A stretch of DNA of 64,000 nt from Octopus bimaculoides. Its lineage: Eukaryota. The notes under the pieces were generated by a model that saw only the letters and a list, made by a program, of their open reading frames with translations, ran no database searches and had not been told where the DNA came from. Made by a program: the position numbers and the translations under genes. Positions within the stretch are counted from its first letter, which is position 1. Every line of letters begins with the position of its first letter. The stretch covers positions 40,299,587 to 40,363,586 of the forward strand of contig NC_068984.1 of the NCBI RefSeq assembly GCF_001194135.2. The letters are read 5' to 3'. Below are positions 53,195 to 64,000 of this stretch, one piece after another.

Positions 53195-53631
53195 TGTCAA
53201 TCTTGTTCAGTAGATGGCGCATTGCTGCATGCAGACAATTCGTGGAGCTACAGGTGAAAACTAGGTGCCGGGGAGAGACAGTGAGAAGACCAACTGTCCT
53301 GAAAACAAACTGACATGATCCTTACCTTAGGTACAGTCTCTCCTTGATATCAATATACATATGCCAGTATTTATAAGTTAATTCTACAAACTTACGTTTA
53401 TGCATTTGTTTTGCAAGATTCTTGATGTGAAATCGTGTGTTACAACAGGTATTGATTAAACAGGACAGGAGACACGTGGGATGGAGAGTCGCTGAAGAGG
53501 TCACAAGATGTGTAACGGAAGATTCCAGACAAAGGATAATAAAATAAGAACAACAATAAAGTTGATGTGAAGAACGAGTATATGGTGCGTGTGTTTATTT
53601 GGCAAAACAATGACCGTCCCAAAATATAACA
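53195..53631 (+). mobile_element. Possible solo LTR
   Basis: Begins TGT exactly where RTE homology stops, has AATAAA at 53555 and ends ...tataACA. No matching TSD found. Confidence 0.3.
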
Positions 53632-56344
53632 ATTCTACAAACCTGTTATATAAACTTCGTTAGTATTTGGACAGATTACTAAATTCAACATAGCAGTAGA
53701 GAAAATATTTGATCTTTTAGAAGTATTACCTGATTTAATATGGCACTCCATACATAAATTGCTATCTTATCCGCAGAATGTTCTGGGTCAGAAACTAAGG
53801 TCATACTTTAGAAGCTCTATGTTTCTCATTTATCAGTTTTTATATCCAGAAAATTTGAATATTGATTTATGAGAATTTATCATGTATTATATCCGAACAG
53901 TTGAGTAATTATTGTATTTTTGAAAATTAAGGGTTGGATATATTTTAAGTCCTTTTTCTTTCTTTCTTCTCAGCGCATTAAAATTGTAGACCTTTCGTTA
54001 TCATCAAGTATTTTTGGATAAAAATATAAAATAAATTTGTTATGGATTAAATTTTATGTAACCATTTTGCTTTGAGATAATATTACAATTATAGAAGATA
54101 TAATTTTAGTTATTGCATTTAATCAATTGTACAGCGTTTGTAGTCCAATTTTGTTTTACGCTCTAAGAAATTATTCTCAGTGTCTTTATAATCGATCATT
54201 ACAATATTTGTTATACCCTCAAGCAATCTACTAGTTACATTACGTTAATGTGAATACAAGTAATACTGTTATACAATCTGTTCCATCTCCGTACTCAGAT
54301 ATTTAGAATAAACTGTTAAAACAACGATCTCAAGTGTACACCGTCACAAAAAATGCGAGAACCAATTTTAGGAAGTGTGAAAAGATGGTGCCTAAAAATA
54401 TTTTTGTTGTTCTTGATGTAAGCAACATCTATTCTTTCATGTTAAGCATTTGGATGCTTAGCATAACATCCTGATCGCTCTCAACACTAAAAATACCACC
54501 CATACTAAGCAAAAGTACATGACATGTTCTTATGTTCTTTTTGTAATATTGTTTTAAAAATAATTTTGAATTTTCAGATTAAAAGGAATGACATTGAAAT
54601 CTCAAAGTTGTGCGAATTTCGAGAAAAGTTAAAGCTCGCTGTGTTCATATATCTGTTCCGCAATAAAACCTTTACATAATAATTAACCTGCACCAAATAC
54701 CTGCTAAATCTCTACCAATAAACCCTGCATTTGTTTTAGGTAATGTCAGTCTCTAAATGGTCGTCCGACGTACTAGAAATAGAAAACAAATTTCCTCAAA
54801 TCGTACCTTTTGTCTTAAACAACTGAGGATACATTAGACAATGAAGTTATAAACATACACAAAGACGGAATGGTTACAACTGGAATGCTATCTGTTTCAA
54901 TCTTTACCGCAACCTACTCATTAGAAATGATATTGATATGATTAGAACGTCAATCAAATAATAATAATTACATATAATTTGGGTAATGAAGTCAAATCTG
55001 CTCCGAATGTTCTGTTGTGCTCATGAGCATGGCACCTAACTCTAGCGTTTCAGGCCATAAATCTGGCTATTTTGGGAAGATTGCTTATAAGATAGTGCGT
55101 TTATCTGAAAAGAAGTTGTTCTCATTCACTTAATGCTGCTGAATTAGGAGTTAAGGGTTGGCTACACAAATCTTCATGATTCATGCAACGATCAATTTAA
55201 AATTTTGCTCTCAGAATATTTGTCTAACTAGATCAAGTATAGCACGGTTCTCTTCTACCGTTCTCTTCTGTTATCTTTGCTGTACTGAGATAAGGTATAC
55301 GTAAGCAACTGAAATATAAGTTAATGTCACTTGAACCTTGAATGTTTTCTGAGTATCGGTGCTTTACTCTGAGTTCATGGTATTAGACGGATAAATGAAA
55401 TATATACTAGATGTTTCTGACATTTAGAGGAAATGAAACATGTATAGATAGGTGTAATAATCAAATATACGACAAAACGAATGCAGTAGTTCTAAACTCA
55501 ATATCAACGAACTTGTAGCAGAGTACCATATCCACGCGATCATATTACAAACGATCTGTATGTCTGTAATATGTGTCTTCAAAGAAATCATAAATAACCC
55601 TGTTGTTCTTATATTTAATTATATTAATAACAATTTCTTTTGACTGAGTACAACGTTATCTTTTGTAGCGGAAGAGGTATTGTCGATGAAATAGAATCCA
55701 CTGTTACACTAATATTCATTTTGTGGTCCCTTTAGAAAAGAAGAGCAAAGTCAATCACATCAGAAATTGAAGTTAGGACGCAGAGAAAAAAGAAGATCAA
55801 ATACTGCGGTACATTTAAGCTCTGCTTTCTCCCCTATCCGTTATTTCAGTCCAAGCAAATTGCTTTCTGTTTTATCTTAATCTCAAGTGCTATTTCCTTT
55901 AGGATTCTATGTCGCTGAACTAGTTAATCTTTGACTGAAAATTATGTTGTCTGTGTTAAGTACAATGATTTGTATACAAGAAATTGCTTGGCTAAGCATT
56001 CATTGATGATTCGATTGTTCTCATGTCTATGTAATGTATACGAGTTGTTATTTAAATCTGGTTTAGTACACTTACGATCAAAGGCATTTGAACTATAGCC
56101 ATTCCGTATTATTTATACTTAAGACTACATTGAACAACGTGTTCTTTTTCCTAGACGGTAGGGTGTATTTGGCAGCTATTTCTACCAGATCGAGCATCTG
56201 CCTAGTGGTAGGTATGAATATTATAGAATGATGGTAAGAAGCATCTGATGAGCCAAATCGGTACCAAAAGTTCAATTCTCGACTGTTCAACTTTCCTTTC
56301 ATTTACTTCTCCATACATTCGATTTTCAGTCACAGTTAATAGTT

Positions 56345-57810
<1,466 letters not shown>

Positions 57811-60239
57811 CATACATGATTCAGGGATAAGCTAAGGCAAGATATCCGATGCCAATAAGGGTCGCAGTTTGAGGAATATTCCTATCACCTCTTGTTTATG
57901 TTCTTGTAACTTAATGGTAGAATAAGTACCACCCTTTAGAAATAAATACTGAGGTCAACACGTTCGACTAAAACCCTTCAAGGCTTTGCTCCAGCATGAC
58001 CACTGTCCAATGACTAAAGCAAGTAAATGATAAAAGATTCACATATTCAAATAAGCATCTGTATATGTTTGCGAAAGAAATGCGTGTATGGGTTATATAT
58101 ACATGCGCTCATGCCTTCATTAGCAGATGATGTAGTGATTATCAAAGCTTTAGTCAGCACAGGGATAAAGTAAACTCCATTTGCTCAAGGACCCGCTCAG
58201 TGAGACTGAACCCGAAGCCACATGTTTACAAAGCGAACTTCTTAACCACATAGCTATGTTTGCGCTTTTGTGTAAGATTTTTCTGTTTCTTCGGTAGGCC
58301 GGATGAATCTGTAAAAGTTCCATTATTGGCTGATGAGGTTTTCAGCTTTCATGCATTTTATTTTGTTTCATCAAGATCATACGTTATAATCAGGACATAA
58401 AGGCACTTATGTTGGCATGAATCCATCAAATCTCTGTAGCTCAATTTTCTTTATCGTTGAAGTTTTACTTCATCCTATCTTTACTGCATTCATTGGATGA
58501 ACAAGATGGAAACTAATAGAGGAATACACATAAGACAAACTAATCTGTAATCAGCACTATAAATGCATTAGCTGTACTTGTGCCACCAAATTTCCTATTA
58601 CCGGATTCGGCATCGCTATTATTTCTTTTATAATTTGATTTTGGGGGAAATTTACCCCCCGTTCTTATAGCAACTATATCATTTGCAGGCGCCAAGGATC
58701 GTTTTTACGTTTAGAATTGACATTTCAATTTAACTTGCCTTTGTTCAATCTCATAATAAAATCTATGACATTCAATTCAAAACTACTTTTTCGTCGATAT
58801 TTGGCAACATAGGAAGGAGGTTGAGGTTAAACAAAAGTCGTGCACTAGATAAAAAGCAAAAGGTGGTGAATTATTAGATTAAAACTGGTACTGAGGGTAT
58901 GTTTGCAAGTTTTGGCATGTTAAGATTTTGATCTATTGAGAGAAAGAAAAATTCTTTATCACACTAATTAAATTTACCAGTACATGAACATTTAAGATTA
59001 CTCTAAGAACTTTTCAGAAATGTCTTAAAAATTGTTTATTGAAATTAAACAGTAGAAACAATAAACTTGAAAATTTATTATTTACGGAGGATAACATTTT
59101 TTAATGGAGTTAATGGAATATTGCACAATTAATCGTGGGCTCACTGAGTCATACGTTGTCAGCATACTGCTCTGTGGCCATGCTTAATACTCGTATTTCT
59201 AAGAGTAAAAAATAGGTAATATAATGTGATGTAATTCATTGCTATAATGGCTGGCAGCACTGAAAAATTGTAATTAGACTCAACTAAAGAGACAAAGTTA
59301 AAATATTATAGACACTTAATTACAGACTGTTAATTGAAAGCAAAATGAATGGAAAGACACGATGAAAATAAAACCAAGAACTACGCAAAGAATTGAGCAG
59401 ACTTTAATACAGTGCATGTTTTAAGAGGAGCATAAGAAAACCCGAGGTGGCTATTTATTGGCATTCAACCAAATAATGAGGACAGACGATAACTGATGGT
59501 AGTGGTGGTGGTGGTCGTGGTAGTGATGCACAATACACGTATACGTACATACATACATACAGGTATGTATGTATGTATGTATGTATGTATGTATGTATGT
59601 ATGTATGTATGTATGTATGTGTGCGCGCGCGCGCATATGAGAGTGTGTATGTGTGTATATATATATACATGGAATATATGCATATTCCACATCTTCCATA
59701 ATCTGCTGAAGTATTCTTTTGTCACTAGTTTTACCTTACTAATGTATGCAATGTTCTCGTCGATTCCGAGGTATTTGTAAGGTTAATCATTGGTGATGGG
59801 TTAAATTGACAAGTCATCGGTGGACAACCTTCCTCAAATATGATCACTTATTATTCTGACCGAACTCCTTTTCTTATGACCCACAAAAATGTCGTAACTA
59901 GGTCTGACTTTCTCTTTTGTGTTAAGAATATTACTCGAGTATAGCTTAAAGCTTAAGCTATACCTTAAGCCTTAAGGTCATCAACAAATATGGTGCGATA
60001 ACGTAATTCTTTCTTTCATTTGCATCCTCTCATTGTAGCCTTTGCATTTTCTTAACAGGGTTGACAAGGGTTTCACTGCTAGTACGAAAAGTGTTATAGA
60101 TAAGCCGACCTTCCTATCGATAGCTTAACTCTGTTCTTATCGAGATCCCTGTGACTATTTTATCGATAGTCATGTTTTTGTCAGTATCTTAATGTCATCG
60201 ACTATAGCAGTCCGAAATTTGACAATGCGCAGTGGCTCT

Positions 60240-61800
60240 ATGAGTGAAGAACAAAATCAAACGCTTCCTTAGAGTCTAACCATATAGCTAGCCGGTTTTG
60301 AGAGTGCTGTTTCGCTTTCTTATACAGAACTTTGTTAATGAAAAGCTCTCCAGCACAGCCCCAGACCCATTTCTTTATTCCAACCTGCGCATCAGTCACT
60401 ACATTGTATGTTTTTCAGTGATCCTGGAGGAATGGATTCAAACAATCTATATGTAGCTTATACATCAGATTCAAGCCAGTTATAGACCTGTAGTTTTTGG
60501 TCACATGCATCTCTTGTTATTTAGCTACTTATGGTGAACTTACAACTGCCAACTAGTCTGGTACATCAAACTCAGCGTCCATTGTTGCTTTAAACAATTT
60601 AACCAGGGCTACCCTGTATATTCCAGGCCCTTTCCCCTGAGAAGGTGCTTTCACCTTGATGTTATAGTCTTTTCTGCTGCGAAATCATGCTTATGGGTTT
60701 TGAGCTAGCTTGCAATTGATGATTTTGCATTATAGCAGTTTTTCCGGCAGCAAAATATTTCACTTATTGCTCGCAGTTCGTGTTTAAATTCAATTAGTTT
60801 ATCTGTCAGTATCTCTTGTGGACAGTTCCCATAGATTTCAGATAATCTATCATACAGTTGCCGCTGGTTGTTATGGAAATTATTATTAACTTTGTACTTC
60901 ATATTAGTGCTTAATTATCCAATATTTTTACCGAGTCTGTTGATATTTGTCTGGAGAGAGGTTATTCATTTTGATTGCTTTTTTCCTCGTTACAATCGAT
61001 GTCTTTTACTTCCATCTGTTGGTGAATGGCCATTTCAGTACAGTATAGAATATTCATCGTCTAAATTTTGAAATTCTCACTGATTGTTCCTTAGCTACTT
61101 GGACCATCGCAGACAATACTAGTTCGGTAGATTTTCTTATTTCTTTACTGCCCACAAGGAGCTACACACAGAGGGGACAAACAAGGACAGACAAACGGAT
61201 TAAGTCGATTATATCGACCCCAGTGCGTAACTGGTACTTATTTAATCGACCCCGAAAGATGAAAGGCAAAGTTGACCTCGGTGGAATTTGAACTCAGAAC
61301 GTAGCGGCAGACGAAATACCGCTAAGCATTTCGTTCGGCGTGCTAACGTTTCTGCCAGCTCGCCACCCTAAGATTTTCGGTTGATTTTCTGTCGAATCGT
61401 GTGGTAATTGTTCTCTCTTGTAATTGTTTATTAATGTAGGTGGTGAGATTTTGTTTAAATTTAGTTGTAAACGCGCTTTTGGTTGCTTAAATATTTCACT
61501 CATTACTACCGTTGTTTAGTTACCACTCGTTCGTGTAATGGTTGTATGTTCGTTTTAATGTTATTGTTTCCATCGCATCAGTTGCGGTCCGTGTTGTTTA
61601 CGGTCTTATTTAATGTCCAATTTTGTCGGCTGCTAGGTTTAACGGCTAATTTTTCTCGATAAAGTTTGCTTGTTGCCAAAGCTGAGTGGTATTGATGTGC
61701 AAATATTTGTGAATATCTTAGATCCCAGTCACTCTTCATTCTTTTCATGCATTAGCTCGAGGGAGCTCCCCTTGCCCTTTACAGAAATGATAGAGGTCTT
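60240..61800 (-). mobile_element. R4/NeSL-like RLE retrotransposon, N-terminal and RT-start fragment (SINE inserted at 61137-61370)
   Basis: Minus strand ~60500-60250 gives decayed NYRPI.CLNLMYKL...VTDAQVGIKKWVWGCAGELFINK...WLDSKEAFD (compare NYRPI.CLN.MYK...WGC.EQLLINK...WLDYKKAFD). Confidence 0.7.
61137..61370 (-). mobile_element. SINE family A, apparently young full-length copy with an 8-bp TSD
   Basis: Complete head-to-tail sequence with CpGs intact. agattttc on both sides (61129-61136 and 61371-61378). Confidence 0.9.
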
Positions 61801-62227
61801 CGTTCAATTCAAAGGTCCACTGAGCTTTCTCTCGATGGTTCTGTGACCTAAGGTAGCTGACCTCAGTCTCTTGCCCCACCATATTGTACAGAGTAGTAAT
61901 TCCACGTGTTGAATCTTCCCTGAATTTTTACCGTTCAGTTATTGTTACTACCTTCAATAAGAGAAGATACTTCGCATTTATCCAAAGAAAAGAGCCAATT
62001 TTATCAGGTTTGTATCAATGGTAAAAGTTTTAGGAGATAGCACGCATTATACGAAAAACAGCCTTTGCACCATATATTCTTTCTTTCTTTTTTTCTTTCT
62101 TTCTTTCTTTTTTCTTTCTTTCTTTTCTTTTTTCTTTCTTTCTTTTCTTTTTTCTTTCCATCCATCCATTCATCCATCCATCTATCTATCTATCCATCCA
62201 TCCATCCATCCATCCATCCACCCCCTT

Positions 62228-62258
<31 letters not shown>

Positions 62259-62926
62259 ACAATTAATAACACCACTACTGCTGTAACTGACTGCTGCTAT
62301 CGCTGATGCTGCTGATACTGCTGCTGTTACTACCATTATTTCAATTTCTAGCACTACTATTACAACTACTAGGACTGCTGATGCTGTTACTATAGCCACA
62401 TATGAAAAGTTACCGATATTTCTTTAACTGATTTCCTCTGCGAAATATAAGATATAATTAAATTATACTTTCTTTAGCAAACCAAAAAGCTTTCCATTAA
62501 ACTCATTTAATCCACCATTAGCCGTCTTGTTTGCGAAAGACACATTAAAACATATGTTAAATAATAATTGTATTTTCATGGAGATGCAAGAATAGGAGTT
62601 TGTGTAAACCTTTCCCGAGTACGAGCAAGTGAGTGAGTGAGTCTGTGTGTGTGTGTGTGGGGGGTTGGGTAGGGTGTGCACGCACACGTGCACGTGTATG
62701 GGATGCAATAATACTGTCCGATGTCCATTATAAATCTTAAAGATTATTTCCGTTTGTTATGCAGTCTCTGAAGATTGAATAAATTAATATGCTTGTAATT
62801 TCCCTTATATAACGGATATGATTGTTAATGAAATATGTGTAAGATGATGTAATTAAATAATTCCTGAAGCGACTCTCCAGTTTGTTTTTCATGCATATGT
62901 GCGTGTGTATGTATGTATATATGTAT

Positions 62927-62974
<48 letters not shown>

Positions 62975-63424
62975 TGTGTGTTGAAATAATATATAACATA
63001 CATATTAGTCAGCTGGTATAAATTTTATTGAAGGGCTATGGGAAAAATGTTTCTCTTACTAACATTTTTCTTTTGTGAGAACTCTATCTTCGCCGATTAC
63101 ATCAACTTGAATATTCATGAAATTAGATGTGTTTCAAGTCTGAACATTTTTGAATTTAATAAATTGAAAAATTTCATATTATGAATAATTTTCTTTTTCA
63201 ACATATATTAAGCGATGTATCGATGTTACCAATTGTTAATTATTTTTAAAGATGCATCTATATTAGTCTAGGACATCTGAAATCTTTCNNNNNNNNNNNN
63301 NNNNNNNNNNNNNNNNNNNNNNNNNNNNNNNNNNNNNNNNNNNNNNNNNNNNNNNNNNNNNNNNNNNNNNNNNNNNNNNNNNNNNNNNNNNNNNNNNNNN
63401 NNNNNNNNNNNNNNNNNNNNNNNN

Positions 63425-63466
<42 letters not shown>

Positions 63467-64000
63467 ACACACAAGTACGCATATATATGTACATATACAT
63501 ATGTATATATGTATGTATATTGGAAGGTTTGGAGGTGATGTACAGAAATTATATAGAAAAAAATTACGGTACTCAGAAATCTGGATGTTTGTACATTTAC
63601 AGATTTTTATTAATGTCACATATTAAATAAAGCGCTTTTCACCTAGTCGTGTAGGATTTTCAAATTGTTTTGAGAAGACCTTGCGGAGGGTCTCTTTATA
63701 TAGTTTTATTGAGTGTGTAGCGGTGGAGAGATATATAGCATAGTAAGAGAGGGTGAGGAAAAGTGAGAGAGAGAATGTGTGTGTGTGTGAGTGTGTGGTT
63801 TTTGTGTTGGTGTGTGTGTCTGTGTGTGTACGTGTGTGTGTCAATGGGAAAGAGAAAAGAAGAAAATTGGGTTCATAGCTGGTTAGTTCTTTTCAATGAT
63901 AAGTTTATTTTTAGCCTTTTAAAGGAATGGCAAAAGCAGGTATGATCGTTTTGAAGAAGTTACTTTTCAAAAAGAATCTTTGGTGTCATTGTCTAGTAGG

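Noticed and set aside
53327-53500. Minus-strand exon-like frame TLHPTCLL...KERLYL with a GTAAGG donor
   Set aside because: Lies inside a probable LTR-like repeat; no homology recognised.
56155-56211. Plus-strand exon-like segment (ttctttttcctAG|ACGGTAGG...GGTAG|gtatga; GRVYLAAISTRSSICLVV)
   Set aside because: Good splice signals, but very short, with no recognisable homology and no partner exons. Compatible with chance.

Overview
AT-rich, repeat-dense eukaryotic genomic DNA from a gapped short-read assembly with ten N-runs, two of them followed by Illumina adapter remnants. The SINE families and microsatellite density suggest an octopus or related coleoid cephalopod; this is inference from recalled repeat sequences. 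The only confidently identified gene is the 3' end of RELCH (KIAA1468) on the + strand: coding exons 17274-17390, 18208-18361 and 20613-20742. The intron between the first two (17391-18207) has textbook minor-spliceosome (U12) signals. The rest is mostly transposon debris: CR1/L2-like, RTE-like, R4/NeSL-like (RLE) and Penelope-like retroelements, several tRNA-derived SINE families, Tc1/mariner, hAT and piggyBac-like DNA-transposon derivatives, and many microsatellites. Two copies of a head-to-head fold-back mariner derivative are present. Repeat copies are CpG-decayed left of ~43.5 kb and CpG-retaining to the right, suggesting a germline methylation-domain boundary. A candidate unidentified minus-strand terminal exon sits at that boundary. 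Most ORFs in the supplied track are microsatellite, gap or TE artefacts. No rRNA, true tRNA or CRISPR locus was found. TE boundaries are approximate unless TIRs/TSDs are quoted.
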